This document shows, piece by piece, positions 40,661-54,500 of a DNA stretch of 64,000 bases. Source of the stretch: Epiperipatus broadwayi (Eukaryota > Animalia > Onychophora); NCBI GenBank assembly GCA_028023455.1, contig JAQFVV010000004.1:15376001-15440000 (forward strand), read 5' to 3'. Every line of letters starts with the position of its first letter. The first letter of the stretch is position 1. The translations under genes and the position numbers were made by a program. The notes under the pieces are model-generated. The model searched no databases. It saw only the letters and a program-made list of their open reading frames with translations, and was not told the origin of the DNA.

Positions 40661-41508
40661 CCAGTAGTTTAGTTATGTTTCATCCATTTTTTTCTTTTTC
40701 TAAAGAGTTTGAAACAATGGTGATTTTAATAATCAAAATTTACTTTAAGTTAAATCAATCTTCCTCCTAAAGAAAAAGTTTTTAAAAAAATTATAAGAAA
40801 AATTTAGTTTTGAAATAGTTAAAATTTAAATTAATAAAAGTTATTTTTGAAATTTATTTAAGCAATGATTTCCAAGAAATGTATGTCAAAGTATGTGTTT
40901 CTAATGCCAAAGTGCTTGTAGATATACAAATTGTTTAATAAGTTGATTCTAGTGGGGTTTTTTTGAAACATTGAAGCAGTTTCCTATATATTTTGTTTGA
41001 TTCACATATGCATCTGAAATTAAAGATTGAAATATATATGTGTGTGCATATTACATAGCAATCTTACAGATGTTTGATCCACCATTTTTGAATTCTTTAT
41101 ATGTTGTTTAGCTCCAATAGATATATTATTCTCACTTGAGGTACTCATAGAAAACTTGATTTTGTTGTGGGTTTAGAAATAGTTCACCGTGAATTTCATT
41201 TTAATTTGTATTTCAGGATGTAAGAGGTTTAATAACTTGTTCTACTTTTAACTGGCTTAGAATTCAAAAGCATAGTACACCAAGATATAAAGGGGAAATT
41301 TCAGTTTGTATTTGAACTATACTATGTTGAATTGTTAATAAGATTTGCTTTGTTATTAGATTAGTTTTAGCATTTATTTATTGTTATCTACTCTGCCAAT
41401 TGATATTTCTACAGATTCTCTGCAATCTAGATGCAATTTTAGGTATCTATTCATAATGATGTGACTGTGAAGGCATTTATAATTAAGATTCTTACCAGTA
41501 AACTCATA

Positions 41509-42272
41509 TGTGATGTATTGTGATGTGTTGTATTTTGGCTTCTCCTTAAACGAAGTCAAGAATATCTCAGCAATTATGTCCAGATAAACCTGTTAGCCAC
41601 TTTATTTTCCATTCCCCATTCTAAGTCTTCCCCTATTCTGCCCAACCCATTTCCACAACATAATCTTTGTCAACTCTATGGCCTTTATATCTAAATCCCC
41701 CTTATCCTTTTGCAAACCCAGCATAAAAACCAATAACTCACTTTCTGTATAGTCACTTTGTTCATACCTATTCGCCCATAACTTCATTATCTGTACCCTT
41801 TCTGCTTTCAAGCATTTACATTCAATTAACAGATGCCTAATATTTTCTATACCTTCCTTACACAATTTGCACACTAAATCACCCATAGTTTTCGATTTAC
41901 ATGTATATTCTCTTGTTGCTAAAGATCCTGTTCAAACCTTAAGCAATAAACTACTTTCCTTACTATTATCATAAATTAACTCGCATCCAATATTCTATTT
42001 ACTTCTATATATATATATATATTTAAACTCTTCTTATCCTCCATACTAGTTCTCCAACTCCCTATTTTTTATTAATGCTTCTATTCTTTTATCCCAATCC
42101 TTACCACTATAACACTTAACAATCCTTCTAACACAATCATCCCACCTTTTATACAAGTATACTGATATAAATTCTTTATCCAAATCTTTTGCATACCGCA
42201 TTACCTTTCTCACCCATCTTGTTACCTGCCCTTTACTCATAACCCAATTAAACCCTATTTTGGCTATTCTTT
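41509..42272 (-). mobile_element. RTEX-like LINE, 5'-truncated copy C (764 bp)
   Basis: Homologous to the 3' end of the 42588-46650 element (CKLCKEGIENIRHLLIECKC), with its own 3' UTR and (ATCAC)n-like tail. Confidence 0.9.
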
Positions 42273-42587
42273 TGTGATGTATGTGATGTGATGTATTTTG
42301 GCTTCTCCTTAAACGAAGTCAAGAATATCTCAGCAATTATGCCTAGATAAACCTATTAGCCACTTTATTTTCCATTCCCCACTCTAAGTCTTCCCATATT
42401 CTGCCCCATCCCATTTCCACAACATAATCTTTGTCAACTCTATGGCCTTTATATTTAAATCCCCCTTAGCTTTTCGCAACCCCAACATAAAACCAATAAT
42501 TCACTTTCTTTATAATCACTTTGTTCATATCTATTCTCCCATAACTTCATTATCTGTACCCTTTCTGCTTTCAAGCATTTACATTCA
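42273..42587 (-). mobile_element. RTEX-like LINE, 5'-truncated copy B (315 bp)
   Basis: Starts within the ECKC codons; same 3' UTR and (ATCAC)n tail. Confidence 0.9.
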
Positions 42588-42700
42588 TGTGATGTGATGT
42601 GATGTATTATGGCTTCTCCTTAAACGAAGTCAAGAATATCTCAGCAATTATGCCCAGATAAACCTGTTCTCCACTTTCTTTTACATTCCCCACTCTAAAT

Positions 42701-45700
42701 TTACCCATAATCTGCTCTATCCCATTTCCACAACATAATTTTTGTCAACTCTATAACCTTTATATCTAAATCCCCCTTATCTTTTCCCAAACCCAGCATA
42801 AAAACCAATAATTCACTTTCTGTATAATCACTCTTTTCATATTTATTTTTCCACAACTTCATTATATGTACCCTTTCTGTTTTCAAACATTTACATTCAA
42901 TTAACAAATGCCTAATATTTTCAATTCCTTCCTTACATAATTTACAAAATAAATCACTCATATTTTTCCATTTACATATATATTCTTTTGTAGCTAAAGA
43001 TCCCGTTCGAGCCTTAAACAATAAACTACTTTCCTTACTATTATCATATATTAACTCACACCTAATATTCTGTTTATTTCTATATATATTTAAACTTTTT
43101 TTACTCTCCATACTATTTCACCATCTCTCTAACTCCCTAGTCTTTATTAATAAATTTATTCTTTTATCCCATTCCTTACTACTATAACATTCAATAATCC
43201 TCTTAACACAATCATCCCATCTTTTGTACAAATATACTGATATAAATTCTTTATCCAAATCTTTTGCATACCGCATTACCTTTCTCACCCATCTTGTTAC
43301 CTGCCCTTTACTCATAACCCAATTAAATACTATTTTAGCTATTCTTTTATTATCCATAAACTGCAATCTACCAAACATTTTCATTTTACTTTTTGCATCT
43401 CTCATATGAAAACTTGACCATCCCATTTCTCCTTGAATTGCCTCCCTTTCTGTTCATACTTCTGCATCCAATGCATGTCTTTCTACTTCCCTTTGAGCTT
43501 TTTCTAAATAATCTAATATCTTTTTACTAACATATAATGCATCATTACCATATGTTAACCCTGCTACTGCAACTCCTTTCCATATAATTCTAGCTACATC
43601 ATATTTATTATATGAAAATACTGTTAATTTCTTTATCAATCCCTTTCTTTTCTTTGCTTCATTTATCAATTTTTTCTCCCATTCATCCAAATAATTTTTC
43701 TGATTACTTAAAATAATTCCCAAATAACTATATCTATTCACCACACTTAACTTAATATCTCCCAATAAAAATTCTACATCTTCTCTTTCCTCAGTATTAA
43801 CCATCATTATATTTGATTTTTCTTCACTAAATTTAATCCCCATCTCTTTACCCACCCTTGCACATGTCCTCAACATAACTTCCATATCTTCTCTTTTTTC
43901 TGCACACAAAAATATATCATCCTCAAAAAAAAGACCTGACAAAATATATACTCCCTTACTACCTATTAACGGTATCTCTATCCCTCTTCCTAATCTTTCT
44001 ATTGCTCTTTCCATTTCATTCAAATACAACACAAACAAAATAGGTGAAATAGGGCATCCTTGCCTTAGTCCCACACCATTTTTAACTTTAATTGATTCTA
44101 TATTCTCTAATTGATATATATAATAATTATTTTCATATAATTTCTTAATAATATCTATTAAAGCTTCATCCATTCCCAAATTTGCTAAACTTATCCATAA
44201 TCTATTTCTATTTACTCTATCATATGCCTTCTCTATATCTATAAAACTCATATATAACTGTTTATCTGCATTCCTACTCATATCCATAAGTTGTGTAACT
44301 ACAAATAAACTATCTCCTATATGCCTATCTAATCTAAAACCTCCTTGCATTTCACCCACTACATTATTCCCTTCCATCCATTTTACAACTTTACTAGCCA
44401 TCATATACGAGAAAACTTTATATAAAACTGATGTTACCGCTATCGGTCTATAATTATTCAACTTTCTTACCCTTTCCTTTAAATAATAACCTTACTCTTG
44501 TATTACTCCAACTACTTGGGAAAACTCTATTCTGTGCCATTTTATTAAAACAGGATAATAACTTTACTTTTGCCCTATATCCTAAATTCATTACCATCTC
44601 TGCTGCCCATCCATCTAAACCTCTTGCCTTCCCATTTTTCAATTTCTTCTCTACATCATTTAGTTCATTTTCTGAAAAGCTAATATTCCCATTACTATAT
44701 TCTTTCATATTTTCTAACATTCTATCATTCACATCTAACATCTTTTCTATATTCATTACATAACTATTTAAGATTCTCTCTAAATCTTCTCTAGAACTAC
44801 ACTCAGTTCCCTCATCATTTAGTAATACTAACTCTCTCTCCCCTACATTTCTTCTTTTAATATAATTCCAAAATTTTTTACTTCCATCTCTTCCACTTTT
44901 ATTAATATCCTCCAACAATTTACTATTCAATTTCATTCTCTCTCTATAAATATCTATTTTAGCCAACTTTTTCTTTTCCAAGTACTTTTCCCATTTAGCA
45001 TTAATATCTTTTTCACTTTCCTTATTCTTAATAGCACACTTATATTCTCTACATGCTTCTTTCCTTTCTTTTACACTTTTACTAATTTTAATTTTTTTAT
45101 TACTTTTATTCTTTTCAATATTCTCACCTAAAACCCTATTTGCAACTTTTTCTACTTCCTTACACCAATCCTTATACTCATCTCCAACCCACTCTTCCAT
45201 TATTTCTTCAACTTGTATTTTATACTCTTCCAACTTATTCTTATCATTCACTCTCCATCCACATCTTTCACTATTATTTCTACTTTTATTTCTATTCTCC
45301 ATCACATTACTAACCATTTCAATTACAATGAAATTATGATCACTAGTGCATACTTTTTCTTCATTATCAAATACCTTAATTTTCTGTATTTTATTTATTC
45401 CCTCTTTCTCTACCAATACATAATCTATTGTGTGAAATATATTATTTCTGGACCATGTGTATTGTCCCTCATAAATATTTAATAAATTTCCAATACTCAA
45501 ATTCACTTTCTGACAAAAATTCTTCAAAAGCTGTCCATTTTTATTATCTACATCATCAATTTCTTCAATATGTCCATTCATATCCCCTATAACCATTATT
45601 CTCTTCCCCTTTTCTTTAAAACTTTGTATATCCTTAACTAAACATTCGTATATGTTACTATTCCACTCCAATATAATTTGACTATCTCCAGTAGCTATAT

Positions 45701-46112
45701 AAACTATAGACACCGTCCATTCTTGTCTACCCAACCTTATTTCAAACCACAAGTGTTCTTGACATTTAACAATATTTAAATATTTTTTTGATATAACACC
45801 TATACCACCACCCCTTTTTTCTTTTTCTTTTCTATTTATACCCTGCCATACCAACTGTTCCAAAATAGGTTCTTCTTCTTCTCTTAAATGTGTTTCCACT
45901 ACTGCTAATACCTCAAGCTCTTCATTTTCAATTGTTTTATTTAATTCCATCCACTTTTCTGGTTTCCTACCACCTTGCATATTCAAAAACCCAATTTTAA
46001 CAATTTCTTCTTTCCTAACTACTCTTTTATAAATTCTTTTAATTCTTTCTTCTCCATTACATTTATAAATTACTTTCTTACCATTAATTTTACAAACCCA
46101 TTCCTTCTCCAT
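42701..46112 (-). pseudogene. LINE ORF2 (APE endonuclease plus reverse transcriptase), one frameshift (~44458) and two in-frame stops (43454, 43118)
   Basis: ORF-track segments 44454-46112, 43454-44461, 43118-43426 and 42701-43111 join into one polypeptide. Confidence 0.9.
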
Positions 46113-46207
46113 ATCTATATTTATATCAAAATCAAATTCCTTTTGCTTACTTCTTATATTCCATCCATTCTTTTTAATAATATTACAATTTAAAAACCCA
46201 CCCCCTT

Positions 46208-46603
46208 TTATAACTTTCCCGAAAAAAATTCTTTATAAATCAAACTCCCTAAAACTTCACTTCCTTGTTTTCCTAAATGCAACCCATCTTTACTATATAA
46301 CTCTCTCTTTCCAATAAAACAATCCCACACATCCACAAACATAACATTATTTCTCTCACACAATTTTTTCAATCTCTCATTTATAGAACATGCCCTATCT
46401 AACAAATAACTCTTATCAAACCTTGGTAATAATCCAACTATTCCTACTCTTCCTTTAATCATAATCAAATTCCTAATCAAATCTACATACTCATCCATTA
46501 TTCTCTCTGATGATTCTAATAAATTATTAGTCCCCACCATAACATATACATCTCTACTACATTGTTTTTTAACTTTATCAACGCTATGCCTAGTGGTGCC
46601 ACC
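46208..46603 (-). pseudogene. LINE ORF1, SGNH/GDSL esterase-like, 5'-truncated
   Basis: PGG...VMVGTNN (blocks II-III), VGLLPR, and DGLHL (D-x-x-H block V). Block I GDS is absent. Confidence 0.8.
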
Positions 46604-47473
46604 TGGTGTTGAATATTAATTTGTCTATTGTCCATTACAATATATATATATTGTTTGTTTAATAAAATAAATAAAACAAAAATAACTTACTACTATTGAA
46701 TATGGATCCGAATCAAAAAGGATTATATTATAATTCAATCAGTGACAGAAATTTTTTTATAAACATGTTAGTCTGAATATAGTATATTATCTTTCTATTC
46801 AAGAAGGATAAGAGATCTAAATTTGTAACTAAAGGAGTAATTTGTCAAATTCTGATAACAAATATTTCATACTTCAAGACTTTTTTTTACATTAAATCCT
46901 GTTTCTCTGATACTCTTAAATTTTCTCTATTGTTTCAGTTATTGCAATAATAATTATTTCATTCTAAATGATAAAAATTATAATATGGTTCTTGTTAAAA
47001 AGTATAATCTTTAATTTATTACAATGGTATCATCTATGATAGGGGAGGGGTCCTCCTCTTTTTTCATGATGTAATTTATATTATTTATGGGTTTTTTTTA
47101 TCTTATATGTGTTATATTAATTTTGATGCAATCTATAATTGATCTCTAGTACTTAGATTTGTACATCATTATTAATATTTTATAATAAGTCTAACATATT
47201 TAAAATAGTTTAAACTATAATTTTATTTGTAGTTAAATAAGAAAATAATTTGATTTTTTATAAATAAAAATATTTTCATTATATATGTGTATATAAAAGT
47301 ATTACAAAATAATTTTTTTTATAATTTATTTTTGATGTATGTGTACATAGATGTGTATGTGTGTACAACATTATATGATATGCAAATCGATTTTATATAT
47401 TTATTAAAAAAATCTCCATACTTTTAATGAGTTTGTTGAAAAGCAACAATATAATTAGAAACCCCAGTTGCAA

Positions 47474-47576
47474 TTTTTTTTTCCTCATGTGTCATAGCAT
47501 CAGCCGGGGAACGAACCCGTTAACCCGGGACAACTGCTTGTAAAGCGGCTGTCGCTGACCTCTCGACCACCAATGC
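47474..47576 (-). mobile_element. tRNA-Gly-derived SINE (family D), TAC at the anticodon position
   Basis: GCATTGGTGGTCGAGAGGTCAGCGACAGCCGCTTTACAAGCAGTTGTCCCGGG...GGGTTCGTTCCCCGGCTGATGCT plus TGACACATGAGG(A)n. Confidence 0.75.
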
Positions 47577-48020
47577 TTGCAGAATCTCTAAGTTATAAAA
47601 AAAAAACATATTGACAAGTTAATGTTATAAATAATGAGACGCTACAGTTTCAAATACTTAGTTATCTTATTTTTTCCTTAAACTCAATTTATCAAAAACT
47701 ATATATTTATGGTTTAGGTTTGAAACCTTAGCATGTCATATAAGTTTAAGTCATCAACTTAAATGAATAAACCATATTCAAACTGATGACTAAATAATTG
47801 TAATTTGACTACAGCAATAATCAAAATCTGTTAGATGGAATGTATGGATTGCATTGGCTGATTGATATTTTGATTTTGAAAATCAGTCCTTTAAATACAT
47901 TCATGCAGCGTCATCTGTGCTATTTGTATACATATACACATATATTTATATATCATTTTATTTTCTACCAAAGACAAATGTGTATTTGTGCATTAATTAA
48001 AATTTATTTTCATTTGATAG

Positions 48021-48230
48021 TTCAAATACCAGATATCTGTAGATGGTACTGTGGCTACTTATCGGCTTCCCTATTTACTTGCTGGGAATAGTGTTGTTCT
48101 TAAACAAGACTCAAAATATTATGAACATTTTTATAAGCAGTTAACTCCTTGGGTTCACTATATTCCTTTCAAAAATAATCTCAGTGATTTATTGGAGAAA
48201 CTGGAGTGGGCCAAAGCTAACGATAAAGAG
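48021..48230 (+). CDS. POGLUT2: Internal exon of a KDEL-motif-containing protein / protein O-glucosyltransferase 2-3 family gene (CAP10, glycosyltransferase family 90)
   Basis: AG|[70 protein letters not shown]|GTATGT; 210 nt, phase 0-0. Closely matches KDELC1 [42 protein letters not shown]2 versus POGLUT3 cannot be decided. Confidence 0.92.
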
Positions 48231-49112
48231 GTATGTAATAAATTAAAAATAATTATTGTATATATTTTTAACAATGATTTTTATTTGTGTACATTGAGTT
48301 TGATCAGTTAGAACTTTTATTTCTATCACATGATGTTTGTTTTAATCTAAAGCTATTGTATATGAAATTTTAAATATGTAGTTGTTAATTTGTGATGTTA
48401 ATCATAATTTCAGCATAAATATTTTACTTTAAACAAGAATCTCTCCTAAAATCATTAAATCTATCTTTAGTAGATTAATTAACTTTAAACTGAAGAGTCT
48501 AATACAGAGTATTTTAATTAAGCTATTAAAAAACAAGCAGTATTATTTATTTAGTTTATGAATTTCTTTTAAACATCTTAATTTATTAACAAAATATCAT
48601 AAAGGAATCTTCAGGTTTTATTAGTGTTTTATTAAATCTTGCAATTGTGACATTATTGCCATAGATTCAACAGCCATTTGTGTGATTTATGGTTTGTATA
48701 TAAGTCAGTGGATATCAAATTTCATTTATGGAACAAAGGTGAACAACAATCATGAATTGTCCTGAATTGTTGATAAGTCTCCAGCAATGATTAGTAAAAT
48801 CAAATCCAGTTGAATTTACTGTTAAACTATCATTAGTGAATTGAATTTGCTATCTTCTAACATCGTCTCCCATAAGCATATAATGTTAATATATTAAATG
48901 GTGGAAAATAGGATTTTAGAGCACTTCTTAATTGCTTTCAATAAAGACTATATAAAATGAAAGTAATAAATAGAATTTTAGCATGAGCTGTGTAGATCTA
49001 TTTATCTAATCTGGAATCTCATATTCATTGAACTTTTATTTATGCGTTTCATCTCATAGATTAATTTCACTATGTCTTTGAAGTAACTTTATTAAATAAA
49101 AGTGTAATTAGT

Positions 49113-49281
49113 GGGGATTTGAACTCAGACTTTCAAATTCCTTTTAGTCATCCTTTCCATCTTATACAACTGGTACACATGACCACATACATGTGAAAAA
49201 GATAAATGTGGTCATGTGTATCAGTTGTATAAGATGGAGTGAATGACTGAAGGGAGCTTGAAAGTCTGGGTTCAAATCCCC
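49113..49281. mobile_element. Family C fold-back (inverted pair of the tRNA-like 3' part)
   Basis: ~76-bp arms GGGGATTTGAACTCAGACTTTCAA...GACCACAT / ATGTGGTC...TTGAAAGTCTGGGTTCAAATCCCC. Confidence 0.8.
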
Positions 49282-51309
49282 TTTAATTTCATTTATCTTA
49301 AATATATATATATATTATACTTGTATTTAAAATAACTGAAAGTGTAGTAAGTTCACAGATAAAATCATGTAATTCGTTTTTTAAAAAACCAGTTATGGAA
49401 AATCAACAACAGTGGAAGTAATTAAAACTTTATAATATATAATGTTTTAAAATTTGAGTTTTATGCTCATGATAGATTCACTATTAATTTAGCTGTGCAT
49501 GTGATAATATAAACTACATGGGTGGGCTTAGTAATCATTTTAGAAGTTATTTATTGCACTTTTCTTTGAGGGTAGAGGGGATTTTATATAATTATTCTGA
49601 ATTAGTACAGTAGTATAATATATGGCTTTCATGAGGCTTAAAAACGGTTGTAAAGGTTAATGGATTGGTAATACATGATTATTGTTAATAGTTGGTTATA
49701 TTTAAAATAATGCTGCCAAAAACCTTTTAATTATTTGACTAAAAGCACATCACTAAAAATATGGTAATGAAATTTGGTGTTAGCTGAAATAAAACTATTT
49801 CTTATTAAGACTGTAAAGCAATTGAGCCTAGCAAATTCCTAATGTCCATTCCCACACTCCTGTTATTGTGGTATATAATTATATACATAGCAAATAAATA
49901 TGGATGGATTGTTTACCTTGATGTTTGAGCCAATATCTGAGTTTATTGATGTTTTATCTGTGAATTTAGATCAAGAAATACCATGGTCTTAATTTTCAAT
50001 TGTTTCAAATATTTTTTTTGATGACATGAATGAATGTATGATTGAATGATTTATTTGTATATATATATATTTACAATTATTGTTCTTATTGCATGGACAA
50101 TGTAAAATTATCAGTCACTGCAGAAGTTGGTAGCAGAAACCAGATGTTGCTAAGAGTATTCTGATTGCACATCCAAGCTGCTATTCAATCCATACAACTG
50201 CAGATCAATTTTAACTGAAGAAAGATGGCACATATTGAACTGTCTAATATTAAATAGATATTTTTGTACCTTCTGAAGTTAGAAGACAAGATGAAGGGAT
50301 AATTGATTTAAAATGTAGATATGTACATCACTACAAAGGCACAAATATTGTTCCATAAGTGGAATGCAATTTCTTATAAATAAAAAATGGAGGAACATCT
50401 TTGTGGAGATTGGTGAGATATTAGACAGAGTGACAAGATTAATTGTTTAGATTGATGGAAGGCAGCAAATTTGGATAATTTAGGTTTATGCTCCAACAAA
50501 TTCTCCTTGCGATTAGTAAGTAGAGGGTTTTTGTATAGATGTACTAAATGTTTTTGATTAGATCAAATAGTATTTTAAAATTATGGTAATATGTTATTCT
50601 AAAAAAAGAAAATAATTAAAAAATGAAAATGTTATCAGTAAATTTTGTTATAGTGACCGAATTGAGCAGTGACACAGACTTGTGGAATTTGTATATTATG
50701 AATACTTTGAAAAAAATCTTAAATACAATTCAAAGCATCCAAATGAAGATACAGCAGAATTGGTTATATTTTGATTGACAGAAAATATTTATTCCAATAT
50801 TGTAAAGAATATACTCAATACAGGAAGTGATCGTTGATTAGTGAGATGTAAAATTTATGCAAAACTACAGAGAATAAAATTATTAAGAAAGGTGGTATTA
50901 ATAGTTAATAATCATAGCATTAAGAAATATTCCAATGAATTTAAATCAGAACATGCAAATTATCTTAACTGAAATCAATAAGAAGATAGCTGAGACTATA
51001 TTAAGAACTGGAAGAAAGATATCTGGTACAAAAAAGTAATAATTTATCACTAAATTTCATACTAAGATAAGACATTCTATAAAATAAATAAGCAATATGA
51101 AAATTTGTAAAAATGATAAGAAGAATTGAATATGTGGAGTTTTGTAAAATGATATGAAAAAAAATTAATAATGATATAAGAAAATATAATTGTGAATTGG
51201 CGAGGAAATCTATAGAAAAGTATAAAAGTCCAAAAATATGGAATATTTTATATTAGGAGGTAAGTTGTTTCAATAATAAGAAGAAAATATAGAATTATTT
51301 CTAAATATA

Positions 51310-51590
51310 GGGGATTTGAACTCAGACTTTCAAACACCCACCAATTACCCACACTATCTCATACAACTGATACACTTGACCACACACATGTAGAAAATAT
51401 AAATAATCACCAATATATGTATTTCATACTAAACCAGCACTCATCAGTTGGTCCAGATTATCATCTTCCACACTTATATATAATCAGTGCTTAGTTTATA
51501 TTAAGATAGCAAATCTTCACAATTTAATGGCCAGGATTCAATCTACTCCAACCTCCAACTTTTCAGCTATCCATATCATTGAAAATGGTT
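51310..51590 (-). mobile_element. Family C repeat nested in the RTE element
   Basis: Homologous to 37935-38215; RTE coding remnants resume on both sides. Confidence 0.8.
51409..51452 (-). ncRNA. Minimal type I hammerhead ribozyme (family C)
   Basis: ACCAA CTGATGA GTGCT GGTTT AGTAT GAAA TACATATA TTGGT: 5-bp stem I, intact core, stem II with G-U pairs, AUA triplet. Confidence 0.7.
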
Positions 51591-54500
51591 GTTTCTAAAG
51601 AAAGAAAGAAATATGGTATCATAAAATATGTGGAAGAATTCTATAAAAAATTACATACTAATAAAAAAAATGCCAATAATTTTAAATGAAAAATATGCAA
51701 TTAAATCTATGACAGGAAAAGCATTAGATAATGGTGGAATTTTTATTCATATTGTTAAAGAAGTAGGTGAAGAAATAGAAAAATTATTGGCAAAACTCTA
51801 TGCAAATTGCATAAATGATGAAGATGTACCAAATCTTAGAAAAACTGCAGTAATAATACTGATATTTAAGAAAGATGATAATCATTACCAAGATGATTAT
51901 AATTTAAATCAACCAAAAGAGAAAGCTGAATTTAAAAGTGGTTTTAGCCCAGTGAATCTCACTCAAAGAATTGAGAGAACTCGTATGAAGAATCAGTAAA
52001 TATGAGTTGCCATTATGTTCTAGATTTATAGATTATGAAAAGACAATACATTCAATAAGCATTTTCACAGATATTAAAGCTTTGGATCATCAAGCTGAGG
52101 ACCCAGGATATGGTCATGCTCTAAAGAATATTTGCTTACATGCAATAGCAGTTATTGAATTACCTAGTGACACTGACAAAATTAAAACTGAAATGAGTTC
52201 ACAACAGAGTGATTCTATATCTCCATGACTATTTGTATCAAGTTTACAATAAGTAATTTGTAGTTAAGAGTAAAAATAAATGATTATAAGTCATCTAAAT
52301 TTTACAGATGATATGGTCATTTTGCAAATAATTTTTCAAATCTTCAAGAAAAGTTGAAAAAATATCAGAAGGAAGAAAGTAGGAATAAAGATAGATACTA
52401 AATAGACTAAAGTGACAATCCAAGATTGATAATAATGAATTAGATGAAGTTAATAACCACAAATACTTTGGTCAAATTATTAATACAGATGAGAACTTAA
52501 TTAGTGAAGTTAATCAAAAAATTTAACTTGAATGAAAAACTTTTGTCAGAAGCAACTAAATATTAAAAATGTATATGCCTGTGGGTTAATATGACTTACC
52601 AGTTTTTACTTAAGAACAGTTAATAAGAGAGCATTACAGAGATTTGAAACCATTCAATAAAGTATCGAAAGATATATGTTAAGAGTAACAAAAATAGATT
52701 GAAAATGAAATCATGGATGAGAGCACAAATGGATATCATTGAAATGGAACTGGAGAGAAGAAATGGGTAGTTGAAGCTTTAAATTGAAATTGTATAAAAC
52801 CTAGAAAGAGATATGTGAGATAAATGAATGAAATAAAGAAGTTTACTGGGATATTGTTGGGGGGGGGGGGGTGTTATAAAAACATGACTACAAAGTCTTA
52901 GATTTATTTGTATTTGCGATGCTGCTTATGAATTAGTGTTAAAATATGATTTTCTTTTACAGTAATTGTTTTTATTCATTTTACTTAATAATTCTTATAT
53001 TGCAGTTAATTATTTTTTAATAGCATAAAAATTATTTGGCAGAAATATGATCAAAGAATAAATCTCTGTTTGTTAAATATATACACAAAAATCCACAAAA
53101 CATATATACATCCATATATCACAGGCTGATTCAAAGTGTGTTTATATTTTGAAATTCTCTTGTTTTATTTTCAGTCATTTCCTTCTAATGAAAGCAAATA
53201 ATATTATAATTTTGTAATTTCTCTATGAGATGTAAGATTATCAGTTAAAGTTAAAATTCATATTTTGTGCAACAATTTGTTAGCAACAAACCACTTTGAG
53301 TTTACAACACCAATGCAATTATTTCCAAAAACTTTCAGCCAATATCTGTTATTTGTATCAACACGTGCATTAAAGTCTCTAAGAATAATAATTTGATCTT
53401 TTAATGATATTTCTGTAATAACACTGTTTGGTAAAGAATAAATGCTTTCTTTCTGTGAATTTTTAATGTTGGAGCATAGGCACTAACAAAATGAGCATGG
53501 CTGTCATTGCACAAATCAAATGTTAGTAACATTAGTTTTACATGAATACATCAGAGAATCCCAAGTCTGAAGATGCCAAATTATACTTTATAACAAATTC
53601 AGCATCATATATTCTCCTTTCACTAATTCAGCTGCCTTCTAAAAAAAAAAACTTGCAGTTATTTATCTATCTTATTAGCCTTTTTTTTCTCAAGAAGATA
53701 CATTTCACTAAATACAACTATAGCGATCTTAATTCTTGACAGATCCTCAGCCATTAATGCTATTTTATTTTCAGGTAAATGAAGAGTTTGTATCAAGTAA
53801 AATTCACACATTCTGTGTACCTATATTCAGGAAAAAATTAAATAATACTTTTAATATTACCACTGTGCTGCTTCTATTACTGACATTTTTATTATTTTTG
53901 TTTAGATAAGTAATCTAATATGCTGAGATAGGCTACTTTTATATCGTATTTTGTAGCTTCCTTAGGCAAATGAATTTTTAAGTAGCACAAACTAAATATA
54001 CAATCTTGTCCATCTGAAATTCCTGTCTCAAATTCAAGTATAATTTGATTTATTAATAGTTGTACTATCTCAAGAAAAGGTTACAACTAAAATATGACAC
54101 TCTAAATCTTTGCCTTTCATTGCTTTTTTATTTAATTTTTTTGAGGACTTACACTAAAAAATGACATAAATAAAAAAGGATATTGGAATCAGAATTGCAG
54201 CATGTATAATTAAAGGATGGAAAGGTAGTTATACAAACACTTATTTTTTTTATCACAGTTAGGATAAGAAGGCGATTGATGGTGTGAGAGGTTCAGGATA
54301 GCTAGATCTATAATATCTTATGTGATTGAAAAAGGCAAAGAGGAGGCAGAAAAGTCTGTTTGAATCAAGAGCAGTATCTAGTCTTTGACAAACCACCATC
54401 CTATCCTATAAGGTAACAAAAGATCAGACACTGCTTATAACAGTTAACCCTCATATTTGAAGATCTTTTCACTAGTATTTAAAGTTTATATAGAAAATTT

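Larger units (their letters stand above)
42588..46650 (-). mobile_element. Near full-length RTEX-like LINE (copy A): esterase ORF1 plus EN-RT-zinc finger ORF2
   Basis: EN: GFLNMQG, VETHL, IGDMNGH, TIDY, SDH. RT: NYRPIAV, FIDIEKAYDRV, GLRQGCPISP, FFEDD, YSYLG. C-terminal CCHC; tail (ATCAC)3. Clade assignment is by motif memory. Confidence 0.9.
50200..52850 (+). mobile_element. Degenerate near full-length RTE LINE, interrupted by a family C element
   Basis: EN remnants (SEVRRQDEG, VYAPT), YVEEFYKKL, AVIILIFKK, FIDYEKTIHSI and later thumb remnants. Same family as 6314-8052 but much more decayed. Confidence 0.8.

Noticed and set aside
38761-53780. AG|GT recursive-splice-like sites (38778, 53773) and a possible 3-nt microexon (41217-41219)
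   Set aside because: Such motifs are expected by chance in T-rich DNA; only nascent RNA-seq could support them.
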